From Gemmatimonadota bacterium (GTDB taxonomy: Bacteria; Gemmatimonadota; Gemmatimonadetes; Palauibacterales; KS3-K002): a DNA stretch of 64,000 nt. The notes under the pieces are model-generated. The model saw only the letters and a list, made by a program, of their open reading frames with translations, had not been told where the DNA came from and ran no database searches. This document shows, piece after piece, positions 54,059-64,000 of the stretch; the stretch's first letter is position 1; every line of letters begins with the position of its first letter. The DNA lies in the NCBI GenBank assembly GCA_039586795.1, contig JBDHJS010000008.1, forward strand, positions 1 through 64,000, given 5' to 3'. The position numbers were made by a program, and so were the translations under genes.

Positions 54059-54771
54059 CAGATCTTGCCCTCCCGGGCCAATGCTCCAATGAACTCGCTG
54101 GAAAAGCCCTGCAGGTCGCCGGAGAAGAGTGCGAGCCGGCTGGCGAAGAAGTTGTAGCCGATGACCGCTGGAATCGCGACGCCCAAACCGGTGACCGTTG
54201 TGATCAGCGCCTCGGCGATTCCCGGGGCCACGGCCGTTATGTTCGCCGTGCCCTGGACGGAGATTCCCACAAAGGCATCCATGACGCCGACCACCGTCCC
54301 CATCAGACCGAGTAGTGGACTGACTGTCGCTATGGTTGCCAGCCCGGGGAGACCGTGAGCCATGGTATCACGCTCTCCGACGATCTCCTTATCAAGCACC
54401 AGCCTCAGCGTTTCAACCTGGGCGGCCCTGAGCCCGGTGTTCGGATTCTCGCCGCGGCCTCGCAAGCCGGATACGAAGTTCATCCCGTGACGGAACACTC
54501 GGAGATAGGGCGAGTCGGCGAGGGCGACCACCGACTTGTAGGCCTCGTCGAGGTGCTGCGCTTGAGCGACCTGCTCGAGAAACTCGTCTTCCAGGGATCG
54601 CACGCGCCGGAACTGGATCCACTTCCAGATGATCAGTATCCACGATGCGAGAGAAAAGCCGAAGAGCACAGCCAGAATGATCTTGGTCGTGATCGTCGCG
54701 TCCGCGACCATGTCCCAGGCGTTGCTGGGTAGCGGATCCTGGACCGCCGCAAGCGGCGCCAGCCACATCAT
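54058..54771 (-). CDS. tolQ: TolQ/ExbB proton channel
   Basis: SPLLGLMGTVVG, VAPGIAEALITT.GL.VAIPA; ATGA overlap. Confidence 0.92.
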   Translation of the reverse strand: MMWLAPLAAVQDPLPSNAWDMVADATITTKIILAVLFGFSLASWILIIWKWIQFRRVRSLEDEFLEQVAQAQHLDEAYKSVVALADSPYLRVFRHGMNFVSGLRGRGENPNTGLRAAQVETLRLVLDKEIVGERDTMAHGLPGLATIATVSPLLGLMGTVVGVMDAFVGISVQGTANITAVAPGIAEALITTVTGLGVAIPAVIGYNFFASRLALFSGDLQGFSSEFIGALAREGKI

Positions 54772-55733
54772 GGCCGTTCCCCGGCAATCCACCTGTAGGT
54801 CCGGCCCAATCCTTCTTCTATGTCCACCTCCGCCTCCCATCCAAGTGCACGAAGCTTGTCACAGTTCAGGCTATTCCACTCCAGTTCGCCCGGACGCGCG
54901 GGAGCGTACTGTATCTCGACTTCACGCCCGGCAGAGCTCATCAGCGTCCGGGCCAGCTTGTTGACGCTGGTTTCGTTTCCGGTACCGACGTTGAACGACC
55001 GAGCGTCCAGGTCAAAGCCGCCACCCAGATCGGCTTCGGATACGACCATGTTCGCCTGCACGACATCGCCGACGTACACATAGTCGCGGGTCTGTTCGCC
55101 GTCACCAAAGATCGTCAGCGACTGTCCCCCCATGATCCGGTTCGAGAAAATCGCTACGACGCCGGCCTCGCCGTGCGGGTCCTGCCGAGGACCGTAGACG
55201 TTGGAGTAGCGCAACGCCGCATAGTCGAGCCCGTGCAGGATCCGGAAACACCGCAAGTAGAACTCGCTTGTTAGCTTACTGACCCCGTACGGTGACTCCG
55301 GACTCTTGGGCGCGGTTTCAGAGATCGGTCGCTCGTCGACATCGCCGTATACGACTCCACCCGAGGAGACGAATACGACGCGCCTGGTTTCACACGCACG
55401 GGCCGCTTCGAGCACATTGAGCAGGCCGCCGATGTTGATGTCCGCGTCGTGGCTCGGGCGATCTACGGATACTCTTACATCGACCTGGGCCGCATGGTGA
55501 CTGACCAACTCGAAGCCTCCCTGCTCCTCGAAGAGTTCGAGCACCCGCTTGTCGCGCACATCCATTTCGACGAAGGTAGCACCGTCGGGGACGTTATCCC
55601 GCTTTCCCGAAGAGAGGTCATCGATGATCGTGACCTCCCAGCCGCGTGCCAGGTAGGCGTCGGCGACGTTTGAGCCGATGAACCCCGCACCACCCGTCAC
55701 CAGTACCTTACCACTCCCGTTATTCTTCCCCAC
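54768..55733 (-). CDS. NAD-dependent epimerase (UDP-glucose 4-epimerase-like)
   Basis: TGGAGFIG, YGVSK, NVYGPRQDPHGEAGVV, RDYVYV. Confidence 0.92.
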   Translation of the reverse strand: MGKNNGSGKVLVTGGAGFIGSNVADAYLARGWEVTIIDDLSSGKRDNVPDGATFVEMDVRDKRVLELFEEQGGFELVSHHAAQVDVRVSVDRPSHDADINIGGLLNVLEAARACETRRVVFVSSGGVVYGDVDERPISETAPKSPESPYGVSKLTSEFYLRCFRILHGLDYAALRYSNVYGPRQDPHGEAGVVAIFSNRIMGGQSLTIFGDGEQTRDYVYVGDVVQANMVVSEADLGGGFDLDARSFNVGTGNETSVNKLARTLMSSAGREVEIQYAPARPGELEWNSLNCDKLRALGWEAEVDIEEGLGRTYRWIAGERP

Positions 55734-57015
55734 CGGTACCCTCTTCCAAGTCAAATAGAAAGCGAGCCGCGTCCAGCACGTCATGCTCGCGGCCGTCTTC
55801 CGCCGCAGCGCGTATTCGCGCCGTAGGCTGATGAAGGAACTTCTTGAGCAAGCTGGTCGACAATCGCTCGATCTTTTCCCGGTCCGCATCAGACAGATGC
55901 TTGAGCTGAGCGAGCGTACGCTCGAGCTCGCCTTGCCGCATGCCGTCCGCGCGGTCGCGCAGCTGCCGGATCGTCGGAACCGCCTGCAGTCCCGTGTACC
56001 AGCGCCAGAACCTATCGACCTCGTCGGTGATGATCTTCTCCGCCTTGGGAAGCTCGGCTTTACGCCGCTCGAAATTGGCGGAGACTATATGCTGTAGATC
56101 GTCGATGCTGTAGAGAAAGACGTTGGGTAAGTCGCCGATCTCTGGCTCGACGTCGCGTGGAATGGCGATGTCGACAATGAACAGCGGTGACTTGAGCTTC
56201 CTGGGCATCCGCTGCTTGAACTCCTCGAGCGTAATCATCGCGTGAGGGGCTGCAGTGGATGTAACGATGATATCCGTCTCCGGCAGCTGGTCCCAGAAGT
56301 CGGAGAACGCAACAGCCTGGCCGCCGAACCGGTCGGCAACCTTCTGAGCCCGTGAGATACTGCGACTCGTCACGATGACGCTGGATACACCTTCATCGAC
56401 CAGGCACTCGAGCGTGAGCTCGCCCATGTTGCCGGCGCCGAGCACAAGACCGCGCCGCCCACGCAGCGATCCGAAGATCTTGCGAGCGAGCTCGACGGCG
56501 GCGGAGGGAACCGATGCGGCACCCTCGGACAGCCGCGTCTCGTTTCGCACTCGACCGCCGACCGAAAGGGCCGACTGAAACAGACGATTGAACACCGCGC
56601 GGACCGCCTGGCGCTGACCTGTGAGGCTGCGGGCCAGCTCGTACGCATCGCGAACCTGGCCCTGAATCTGTACCTCGCCGAGCACCATCGAATCGAGACC
56701 GGAAACCACGCGAAACAGATGCTCGACCGCATCGTGTTCACGCTTGATGTAGAGATACCGTTCGGCGGGCTTCGGAAGATCATCCGCTTGATCCGCGAGG
56801 GCGTCGACGATCTGCGGAATCGCGCTATCCGGCTCGGAGAGATGCAGGTAGTACTCGGTACGATTACACGTTGAGACCAGAGTCGCCTCACGCACGCCGT
56901 TGTTCAGGATGGCCTGTGCAAGCGCGTCCGGCATCTCATCCGGCGAGAACGCGAATCGCTCGCGAATCTCGATCGGCGCCGTACGGTGGTTCAGGCCTAC
57001 AACAGCGAACGGCAT
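55720..57015 (-). CDS. hemA: Glutamyl-tRNA reductase
   Basis: GLNHRTAP, STCNRTE, GLDSMVLGE.QI, GAGNMG, DIAIPRD. Confidence 0.96.
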   Translation of the reverse strand: MPFAVVGLNHRTAPIEIRERFAFSPDEMPDALAQAILNNGVREATLVSTCNRTEYYLHLSEPDSAIPQIVDALADQADDLPKPAERYLYIKREHDAVEHLFRVVSGLDSMVLGEVQIQGQVRDAYELARSLTGQRQAVRAVFNRLFQSALSVGGRVRNETRLSEGAASVPSAAVELARKIFGSLRGRRGLVLGAGNMGELTLECLVDEGVSSVIVTSRSISRAQKVADRFGGQAVAFSDFWDQLPETDIIVTSTAAPHAMITLEEFKQRMPRKLKSPLFIVDIAIPRDVEPEIGDLPNVFLYSIDDLQHIVSANFERRKAELPKAEKIITDEVDRFWRWYTGLQAVPTIRQLRDRADGMRQGELERTLAQLKHLSDADREKIERLSTSLLKKFLHQPTARIRAAAEDGREHDVLDAARFLFDLEEGTGGEE

Positions 57016-57094
57016 GTCTCAACCTCGACCCTTACGGGCGTACATGTCGCCGACGGCAGCCATCCCGAACACTTCATCACAACCCACCGCACCT

Positions 57095-57910
57095 CTACAG
57101 GAAGAACTGGCCTTCGGTGACGATCAGCTTAGCAACGAGGTATGCCACAAATACCACGCCGAAGCCCGCTACGTTCCACAATGCGGCCTGGCGGGCGGTG
57201 CGGCTGCGGCTGAAGCGTGCCCAGAGCGCCAGAAGCATAGCCAACCAGGCCAGCACGGCCCAGACGACCTTGGGGTCCGACCATCGAAAGCCACCCTCAA
57301 AGCGAATCGTCCATGCCCAGCCCAACCAGATTCCGAGCGTGAGCGCGGCGAATCCGATGATGAGAGCCCACTCCGCAAGTCGGTCGAGCGTCTCGAGAGG
57401 CGGAAAGAACTCGAAGACGGCACCCAGTTGCTTGTGTTTGAGCTGGCGAAACTGGAGCAGATACATCGAGGCCGCCGCGGCGGCGACGACCCACCCCACG
57501 TAACCGATGAAAGCGAGGAAGATGTGCAGTACCAGCCACCTCCCGCGGAATTCCAACTCCGAGCCCGTCGGCTCGATCCCGATCACTAACGCGATCAACA
57601 GCACGGCCGCAGCGATGGGAGCCAGGATCAATCCAAGAGATCTGGCCGAAGTGGACAGACCCAGGGCGGCCACGGCAAGAGCTACGAGGAGAGCCAGGCT
57701 AGCCAGAGAGGGTCCCAGGCCGACCAACGGCGGCTCGCCGAACTGTGACCAGTAGAGGCCGCTGGCCGCGAGGTGAGCCAAAAGGCCAGCGGATACGATG
57801 ACCGCGCCCACCGCAGTAGCCCCAGGCTGGGCCCGGGCAAACCGCGTGGCATATCGGACGGAAGCGGCCAAATAGAAGGCCGCGGCAATAGCATAGACGG
57901 CTACGAGCAT
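57095..57910 (-). CDS. Cytochrome c assembly protein (CcsA/HemX-like)
   Basis: Multi-TM; WLVLH, PPLETLD, WSDPK; upstream of hemA. Confidence 0.82.
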   Translation of the reverse strand: MLVAVYAIAAAFYLAASVRYATRFARAQPGATAVGAVIVSAGLLAHLAASGLYWSQFGEPPLVGLGPSLASLALLVALAVAALGLSTSARSLGLILAPIAAAVLLIALVIGIEPTGSELEFRGRWLVLHIFLAFIGYVGWVVAAAAASMYLLQFRQLKHKQLGAVFEFFPPLETLDRLAEWALIIGFAALTLGIWLGWAWTIRFEGGFRWSDPKVVWAVLAWLAMLLALWARFSRSRTARQAALWNVAGFGVVFVAYLVAKLIVTEGQFFL

Positions 57911-57945
57911 TCGAAGGGAATATATGAATCAGGTGGGCAGAAACT

Positions 57946-57976
57946 AGGCCGGCCGGCTCGAAGAGCCGGCCGGCCT
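57946..57976 (-). terminator. Hairpin terminator downstream of the LysM gene
   Basis: aggccggccggctc-gaa-gagccggccggcct, a perfect 14-bp stem followed by AGTTTCT on the minus strand. Confidence 0.7.
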
Positions 57977-58004
57977 GGTGCTATTACGATGCTGCCAAGT
58001 CTAG

Positions 58005-59216
58005 CTATGACGGCATCTTGCGGATAAGACGGACGGGCAATCCGGCGTTGATAGCGGCATGCTTCTGAGAGATGAAGCGAATCGTCGCGGTCTGCTCCGT
58101 GACCCGCACCACTCGGCCCTCGGCGATGGGCGTCTCGGGTAAACGGTAGCCCATACTGGACTCACGCTGCTCGGCGAAGATCTCGAACTCGTCGCCGACG
58201 ACCAGGCCTTGGGTTCGGCCGATGTTGATGAATCCCATGTCGTCGACCATTGGCACGAACTGGGCGTCGAGTAACGCAACGAGCTCACCTGCCGGGCCGG
58301 CCGCTACCGGCTGCGCGAACACGCCTCGCTCCATCGAAAAGTACTCGAGCCCTGACACGGAATTACCGACCGCGATTTTGTCGAAGACCTGTGTCACGAT
58401 CGCCGTCGAGACCTCATCATGAACGGCAGCGACGGTCACGATACCCGTCGGCCGCACAACGTACCCATAGGGCTTGATGCGCTCTTCGATGCGGGTAATC
58501 AGCAGTCGGTCGCCCGGCTCGGGCGGCTCTCCGCCGGGATGGCTGACGAAGACCCTATCGTACTGATTGGTCAGTTCGACCAGCGGCGCCTCGACATTCT
58601 GCGGTATCCCCGCGTCGACGACAATTCCGCGCGGGCCAAGCTCCTCGAGCTGGAGCAGCATTCCCGCTCGATAGAAGTCGCCGTCGTTGACCGATTTGGG
58701 ATCTAGCGGCGGAGTCGGCTCGTAAGTGAGCGTCGTCACCTGGAGATCACGCGGTGCGAAGATCGTGGGCTGGTCTTGCCCGACGATGGGGACCTCCTGA
58801 GGCGGCACATCCACCGGTACTTCGGGGACCGGAACCCGATCCTCTTCGCCCGGCACCCTGTCCTCCGGCGTGACCGCGACGACCTCGCCGGGACCTGGCA
58901 GCAGAAGTTCCTCCGCTGGGTAGATCCAGTGCGGATCCTCTACCACGATCGTATTGAGCCGGTAGATCTCCGGCCACAGGAAAGGATCGCTGAGGTAGAA
59001 TTCCGCGAGGTCCCAAAGCGTATCCCCTCTCCGGACGGTGTGCACACGACGACCCTCTTGGGTCGTCGGAGCCACCTGATCTTGCTGCCTTTCTTGCGCT
59101 TGTAGGGGGAGGGCTTCAGGCAGTATTGCCGCGAGTGCGACTGCGGCTGTGGACAGGACAAGCTTAGAAGGGCAGGTCGTCACCCTCCTCCAGCGATTCC
59201 GCCGGGAAGTCTTCAT
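58005..59216 (-). CDS. Secreted LysM peptidoglycan-binding protein (TsaP-like architecture)
   Basis: HTVRRGDTLWDLAEFYLSDPFLWPEIY...DPHWIYP; signal peptide; beta-rich C-terminal domains; start overlaps ssb. Confidence 0.85.
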   Translation of the reverse strand: MKTSRRNRWRRVTTCPSKLVLSTAAVALAAILPEALPLQAQERQQDQVAPTTQEGRRVHTVRRGDTLWDLAEFYLSDPFLWPEIYRLNTIVVEDPHWIYPAEELLLPGPGEVVAVTPEDRVPGEEDRVPVPEVPVDVPPQEVPIVGQDQPTIFAPRDLQVTTLTYEPTPPLDPKSVNDGDFYRAGMLLQLEELGPRGIVVDAGIPQNVEAPLVELTNQYDRVFVSHPGGEPPEPGDRLLITRIEERIKPYGYVVRPTGIVTVAAVHDEVSTAIVTQVFDKIAVGNSVSGLEYFSMERGVFAQPVAAGPAGELVALLDAQFVPMVDDMGFINIGRTQGLVVGDEFEIFAEQRESSMGYRLPETPIAEGRVVRVTEQTATIRFISQKHAAINAGLPVRLIRKMPS

Positions 59217-59601
59217 AGTCCTCACCCCCGTAGGATGGAGCCTTCTGCATCTCGAAGGATCCTTCTCCGCGGCCACCCAACATCATCAAATCGTTGGCCA
59301 CAATCTCTGTGGTGTAGCGCTTCTGGCCCTGCTGGTCCTCCCACTGACGGTACTGGATACGCCCTTCGACGTACACTCGATCGCCCTTCTTGACGTACTG
59401 CTCGACGATCTCCGCCAGTCGGTTCCAAACGACCACCCGGTGCCACTGGGTGTCTTCCTGCATCTCTCCGGACTTGCCCTGCCAGCGACGATTGGTCGCC
59501 ACCGAGAGGGTAGCTACCCGCGAGCCACCAGACGTGGTGCGGATTTCCGGATCGGAGCCCAGGTTCCCGACAATGATCGCTTTGTTTACGCTGCGTGACA
59601 T
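59164..59601 (-). CDS. ssb: Single-stranded DNA-binding protein
   Basis: VNKAIIVGNLGSDPE, WHRVV, VEGRI, C-terminal DDLPF. Confidence 0.97.
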   Translation of the reverse strand: MSRSVNKAIIVGNLGSDPEIRTTSGGSRVATLSVATNRRWQGKSGEMQEDTQWHRVVVWNRLAEIVEQYVKKGDRVYVEGRIQYRQWEDQQGQKRYTTEIVANDLMMLGGRGEGSFEMQKAPSYGGEDYEDFPAESLEEGDDLPF

Positions 59602-59656
59602 TCTTCCTCCAAAGAAGCGGTTGGCGCCGATACTGCGAGCTTCGGACGCCAGCACG

Positions 59657-59685
59657 ATTATACCCGAGCGTCAAATTATTGTCAA
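59657..59685 (-). promoter_or_regulatory. Perfect-consensus sigma70 promoter for ssb
   Basis: TTGACA-17 nt-TATAAT. Confidence 0.88.
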
Positions 59686-60194
59686 CGCGGAGGTTGCCGC
59701 CGCCGATCTCCTGCAAAGTCTACGGGGAGTGGTTCGAGGTCGATGCTCAGAACCAGCGCGTCCTCTACCGGCTCCCGGTAATAGCGTCTCCGGACGCCCA
59801 TCTGTGAGAAACCGCGGGCTTTGTACAGTTCCTGAGCGGCGGAATTGCTCACACGCACCTCCAAGAAAACCTTTTCGGCCGCCCGCTCCTGCGCCCGCGC
59901 CAGTGTCCAGTCGAGGAGGGTCTTTCCCAGGCCCTGGCGCCGGCAATTGGGGTCGACGGCCAGGTTGCCAAGCTCGGCTTCCCTGCCGACGAACCAGATG
60001 ACCGAGTAGCCCACCAGGACGCCATCGAGCTCGGTGGCCCAAAGATCGGCATCACGACGTCCCATCAAGTTACGGAAGCTTCCGCGACCCCACGGCGTGG
60101 AGAACGAGGCGTGCTCGATCTCCATGACTCGATCGAGATCGTCCTTGTTCATCCGCCTGATCAGCGGAACCAGGGCAGGTTCTGGAGCGCTCAC
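59682..60194 (-). CDS. rimI: Ribosomal-protein-alanine N-acetyltransferase
   Basis: SFSTPW, NLAV...RRQGLG, LEVRVSN..A..LY...GF, RRRYY..EDA. Confidence 0.92.
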   Translation of the reverse strand: MSAPEPALVPLIRRMNKDDLDRVMEIEHASFSTPWGRGSFRNLMGRRDADLWATELDGVLVGYSVIWFVGREAELGNLAVDPNCRRQGLGKTLLDWTLARAQERAAEKVFLEVRVSNSAAQELYKARGFSQMGVRRRYYREPVEDALVLSIDLEPLPVDFAGDRRRQPPR

Positions 60195-60898
60195 CGCTGC
60201 TTCTTCTCCTCGGGGACCTTCCAGTCTCTAACGTATGCGGGCTCCCAGCCCTGAGGCTCCGCTACCCGCCCCAGCTCGGGTGCGACCGAGCGAAGCCACA
60301 GCAAGCTGCCGGCGCGAGGGACCGCCATATGCTGAGGCAGCAAGGTCGCGGCTTCGAACGCCGCACTGATCGCTTCGCCATACACCAGCGCGCCCTCACC
60401 AGCAAAGGCCGGGCGCAGATGAAGCCGAGCCAGCTCCGCCAGCAGATCATCGATCCGCCAGGCGCCGGGCGCAAGGAGCTCGCGCGGTTCGCCCGCCGTG
60501 AGATCGTAGCACGCAGCATAGACTTCCCCACGACGCGCGTCGAACATGGCGCAAACGGGCCCGCAAGGTCCGCAACCTGCCGCCACAGCCAGCAGACTGG
60601 AGTACGCGAACAGCGGCGTCCCCTGAGCCATAGCCCAGCCCTTCGCGATCGACGCGCCAATCCGCACGCCGGTGAACGAACCGGGGCCGGATCCGACCAC
60701 GAAAGCCGAGACCTCATGTGGCTGGACTTCCGTCGCGTTCAACGCCTGGTCGATCGCCGGCATGACGCTTTGCGAGTGAGCCCCCTGAATGCGAAGCGTA
60801 GTCTCTACGGCGAGACCATCCCGCCAGACCGCCACAGATCCGGTCGGCGTTGCCGTTTCCACCGCAAGCCAGATCTCCGGTCGATCGCCGGTCATCAC
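60191..60898 (-). CDS. tsaB: tRNA threonylcarbamoyladenosine biosynthesis protein TsaB
   Basis: LAVETAT, GPGSFTGVRIG, DARRGEVY. Confidence 0.95.
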   Translation of the reverse strand: MMTGDRPEIWLAVETATPTGSVAVWRDGLAVETTLRIQGAHSQSVMPAIDQALNATEVQPHEVSAFVVGSGPGSFTGVRIGASIAKGWAMAQGTPLFAYSSLLAVAAGCGPCGPVCAMFDARRGEVYAACYDLTAGEPRELLAPGAWRIDDLLAELARLHLRPAFAGEGALVYGEAISAAFEAATLLPQHMAVPRAGSLLWLRSVAPELGRVAEPQGWEPAYVRDWKVPEEKKQR

Positions 60899-61353
60899 CA
60901 GCTTCTCAGCCCCGGGGCACGCCCGACACGGCTCACCTTCACGACCCGTCGGTCAGCGCCTTCGGCGTAGTCGATATTGACCTCCCAGCGGTCTTCCGGC
61001 TGCATGTCGGCGGCCCGATCGGCCCACTCGAGGAGAATCAACCCAGGATCGCCCATGAGTTCCTCCCAGCCAAGGGGCTCCATAGGATCTCCCGGCCGCA
61101 GGCGAAAGAGGTCGACGTGATACACGTTGAAACCGCGTGGGCTTTCGTAGCGCTGGACGAGCGTGAAGCTGGGCGAGGGGATGTTCCCCTCGATGCCGGC
61201 TCCTCGGCAGATGGCCCGAGCCAGAACGCTCTTGCCGGCACCCAGAGGACCCCGCAGCGCGATCCACAAGGGAGGATCGATGGCGGCTCCCAGATTCCGG
61301 CCCCATTTGACCAGTTCGTCTTCCGTGAAGTCTTTCGGTCCCAGGTGTTCCAT
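60895..61353 (-). CDS. tsaE: tRNA threonylcarbamoyladenosine biosynthesis ATPase TsaE
   Basis: GPLGAGKS, SPSFTLV, HVDLFRL, LEW. Confidence 0.95.
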   Translation of the reverse strand: MEHLGPKDFTEDELVKWGRNLGAAIDPPLWIALRGPLGAGKSVLARAICRGAGIEGNIPSPSFTLVQRYESPRGFNVYHVDLFRLRPGDPMEPLGWEELMGDPGLILLEWADRAADMQPEDRWEVNIDYAEGADRRVVKVSRVGRAPGLRSW

Positions 61354-61406
61354 TCGACCGGTACGGTTCTGATGGTCGGTCCGCTAGCTCCGATGGATAT
61401 GATCAC

Positions 61407-61478
61407 AATGTTCAACACCTGATCCTCAATCCTCAATACTCTTCAATTGGGGACCAGCAGGCTAGGTGTCAGGTGTTG
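61407..61478. repeat. Degenerate 7-nt array with a 10-bp inverted repeat at the uvrB 3' end
   Basis: aatgttc-aacacct-gatcctc-aatcctc-aatactc ... ctaggtg-tcaggtg; caacacctga/tcaggtgttg. Confidence 0.75.
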
Positions 61479-63504
61479 GCGATTGCCTCGGCGCGCTTCT
61501 CGTCTTTCCTTCGACTTCTGCCCTGAGCTGAAAGATGTGGTCGCGCAGTTCGGAGGCCAGCTCGAAATCGAGGCTCTCGGCTGCGCGCTCCATCTCGGCG
61601 GTGAGGCGTTCGATCATCTCCTCGGGCTCCAGCTCGGGCATGCCCGCCAGCGTGTCAACGACGCCAACCCCTGGCTCTACTCGAGAATCGGCCACCGCCG
61701 TAGTGCGGCGGACGTCATCGATCGACTTGCGGATGGAGCGCGGGGTGATGCCGTGCTCGGTATTGTAGCGCGCTTGAATCTCGCGCCGCCGGTTAGTCTC
61801 GTCGATGCAGCGCTGCATCGAGCCGGTGACCACGTCCGCATACATGATGGCCATCGCGTGCTCGTTGCGTGCAGCACGTCCGATCGTCTGAATCAGACTC
61901 TTGTCCGAGCGCAAAAAACCTTCCTTATCCGCATCGAGGATAGCGACGAGTGATACCTCGGGAAGGTCCAGGCCCTCGCGCAGCAGATTGATGCCGACCA
62001 ACACGTCAAAATTCCCCAGCCGCAATCCGCGCAGGATCTCCACCCGTTCGATGGCGTCGATGTCCGAGTGCATGTATCGCACCCTGATTCCGACGCCCAA
62101 CAGGTACTCGGTCAGGTCTTCAGCCATTCTCTTGGTCAGCGTGGTGACGAGCACCCGCTCACCCCGTCTGCTTCGCTCCCTGATTTCCGCAATCAGGTCA
62201 TCCACCTGCCCGCGCACCGGGCGGACGTCGATGACCGGGTCCAGCAGTCCCGTCGGGCGAATCACCTGCTCCACCACAACGCCCTCCGACCGCTCGAGCT
62301 CGTAGTCCCCTGGCGTCGCCGAGACAAAGAGCGTTCTGGGGACCACCTCTTCCCATTCTTGAAACCGGAGCGGTCGATTATCGAGGGCACTCGGAAGACG
62401 GAAGCCGTAGTCGACCAACGTCTGCTTGCGGGAGCGGTCCCCTTCGTACATGCCGCCGATCTGCGGTATCGTAACGTGTGATTCGTCGACGATCACAAGG
62501 AAGTCGTCGGGGAAGTAGTCCAGCAAGCAGGCCGGCCTTTCGCCCGCCTCCCGACCCGACAGGTGCCGCGAGTAATTCTCGATACCCGCGCAATAGCCAA
62601 CCTCGCGGAGCATCTCCAGGTCATAGCGCGTTCGGTGCTCTAGCCGCTGCGCCTCGAGAAGCAGACCGGCGCGCCGCAGCTCGCGCAACCGATCATCTAA
62701 TTCCACCTTGATGAGCTTGATGGCACGATCGAGAGATGGTTGTCCAATAGCGTAGTGAGTCGCGGGATAGAAAGCAGCACGGTCGAGCTCCGCGATCACG
62801 TCACCTGTCAGCGGATCGATCTTCGTCAGCCGATCGATCTCGTCCCCCCACAATTCGATCCTTACGGCCTGCTCCTCGTAGGCGGGGAAGACTTCCACGA
62901 CATCGCCGCGGACTCTGAACGTCCCACGCTGAAAGTCGTAATCACTGCGGTTGTAACGGACCTCGACGAGAGCGCCCAGGATTTCCTCGCGGGCGATCAC
63001 CTGCCCTCGTTTGACGAGAACGAGTAGATCGCGGTACTCGTCCGGGTCGCCCAGACCATAGATCGCGGATACGGAGGCAACGATGACGACATCTTCCCTT
63101 TCCATCAGGCTCGATGTCGCCCGAAGACGCAGCCTGTCGATGTCCTCGTTGATTGAGGCGTCCTTTTCGATGTACGTGTCAGTCGTCGGCACGTACGCTT
63201 CCGGCTGGTAGTAGTCGTAGTAGGAGATGAAGTACTCGACCGCGTTCGCCGGAAAGAACTGGCGAAGCTCCCCGTAGAGCTGAGCGGCCAGGGTCTTGTT
63301 GTGGCTCATGACCAAAGTGGGGCGTCCCCAATTGGCAATGACGTGTGCCATCGTCAACGTCTTGCCGGACCCTGTGACGCCCATCAGCGTCTGAGATTGG
63401 TCACCCGCTTCGTAGCCGGCACTCAGCTGTTGGATGGCCTCAGGCTGATCACCTGTCGGCGGAAATGGAGAGCGTAGATCGAAGGGAGCGCGGGAGTGCG
63501 TCAA
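61462..63504 (-). CDS. uvrB: Excinuclease ABC subunit B
   Basis: [49 protein letters not shown] domain. Confidence 0.98.
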   Translation of the reverse strand: MTHSRAPFDLRSPFPPTGDQPEAIQQLSAGYEAGDQSQTLMGVTGSGKTLTMAHVIANWGRPTLVMSHNKTLAAQLYGELRQFFPANAVEYFISYYDYYQPEAYVPTTDTYIEKDASINEDIDRLRLRATSSLMEREDVVIVASVSAIYGLGDPDEYRDLLVLVKRGQVIAREEILGALVEVRYNRSDYDFQRGTFRVRGDVVEVFPAYEEQAVRIELWGDEIDRLTKIDPLTGDVIAELDRAAFYPATHYAIGQPSLDRAIKLIKVELDDRLRELRRAGLLLEAQRLEHRTRYDLEMLREVGYCAGIENYSRHLSGREAGERPACLLDYFPDDFLVIVDESHVTIPQIGGMYEGDRSRKQTLVDYGFRLPSALDNRPLRFQEWEEVVPRTLFVSATPGDYELERSEGVVVEQVIRPTGLLDPVIDVRPVRGQVDDLIAEIRERSRRGERVLVTTLTKRMAEDLTEYLLGVGIRVRYMHSDIDAIERVEILRGLRLGNFDVLVGINLLREGLDLPEVSLVAILDADKEGFLRSDKSLIQTIGRAARNEHAMAIMYADVVTGSMQRCIDETNRRREIQARYNTEHGITPRSIRKSIDDVRRTTAVADSRVEPGVGVVDTLAGMPELEPEEMIERLTAEMERAAESLDFELASELRDHIFQLRAEVEGKTRSAPRQSPTPDT

Positions 63505-63521
63505 GTCGTTGCAGGTGTTCT

Positions 63522-63998
63522 CTATTTGTCTATGCTGTCAAACCAGGCATCGATCTTGTCGTCGCCGATCTCCTGTTCGCGGCTTGGCTCACTTCCGGCC
63601 GCTTCAGCCTCCGGCATCTGCGCGAGCATCTTTTTCGCTTTCGCTGCCATGGGTGCAGCGCCCAGCTTCTCGAACAGCTCCACCGCTCGCTCCACTGCCG
63701 TCCGGGCCTCTGCCGGCTGGTTTCGGGCTAGCACGTGCGCCTGATGGTACTGGAGGAATCCCTCCCCGTAGGGATCCTTCTCGGTCGTCTCACCGATCCC
63801 CTGCTGCGCCACCATTCCCGCCAGCCAGGAGTCGCTGTCCAGGTCGATCACCCGAATGCGGACGGCGTCGCCCTCCGCTCGCCGCGCGAACCAACCCTCC
63901 CTGCCCTGATACAGCTGTTCGAGCTGCGCCGCTTCCTGCCAAGCTTGCAGCTCATCACCCAGCTCGAGATACGCCAGCGCGCGTATCGCCGTGGTCTG
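63522..63998 (-). CDS. Hypothetical TPR-like protein, 5' end outside the window
   Basis: Frame is open to the window edge: ...[18 protein letters not shown]...[18 protein letters not shown]. Confidence 0.65.
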   Translation of the reverse strand, partial: QTTAIRALAYLELGDELQAWQEAAQLEQLYQGREGWFARRAEGDAVRIRVIDLDSDSWLAGMVAQQGIGETTEKDPYGEGFLQYHQAHVLARNQPAEARTAVERAVELFEKLGAAPMAAKAKKMLAQMPEAEAAGSEPSREQEIGDDKIDAWFDSIDK

Positions 63999-64000
63999 AA

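Overview
GC-rich diderm bacterial chromosome segment. The gene set and order suggest Gemmatimonadota, which is an inference and not verified. About 60 CDS, almost all on the minus strand and often translationally coupled. Most of it is core housekeeping: uvrB-tsaE-tsaB-rimI, ssb-LysM, ccsA-hemA-epimerase-tolQRAB-pal-cpoB-nrdR-tatC-lptD-hutUI, two long TPR/acidic-linker proteins, a polyprenyl synthase, ppiD/surA, aroQ-pepP-efp-accBC-comB-ftsK-lolA-rimO-hemL-ispG-Gfo/Idh-lnt, rpmE-prfA-prmC, PIP synthase-ino1-tmk, and ctpA-tauE-DUF2064-EamA-asparaginase-CMD-obgE. A ~7 kb accessory-looking islet (GH95, lipoprotein, DUF378, MnSOD, sulfatase, HAD) precedes a partial dprA. I saw no rRNA, tRNA, CRISPR, transposase, integrase or recognisable defence system, and I cannot claim a confirmed new system. 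The best leads are: a family of degenerate 7-nt-period arrays at three gene 3' ends (two of them palindromic), a strand-specific structured RNA candidate between sodA and DUF378, an inositol-lipid gene pair, a coupled TauE/CofC-like/EamA/asparaginase/CMD module, a TatC with a TatA/B-like N-terminal helix, an MnSOD with an amphipathic tail, and two SgmX/FimV-like TPR proteins. All family calls come from motif recognition, not database searches.
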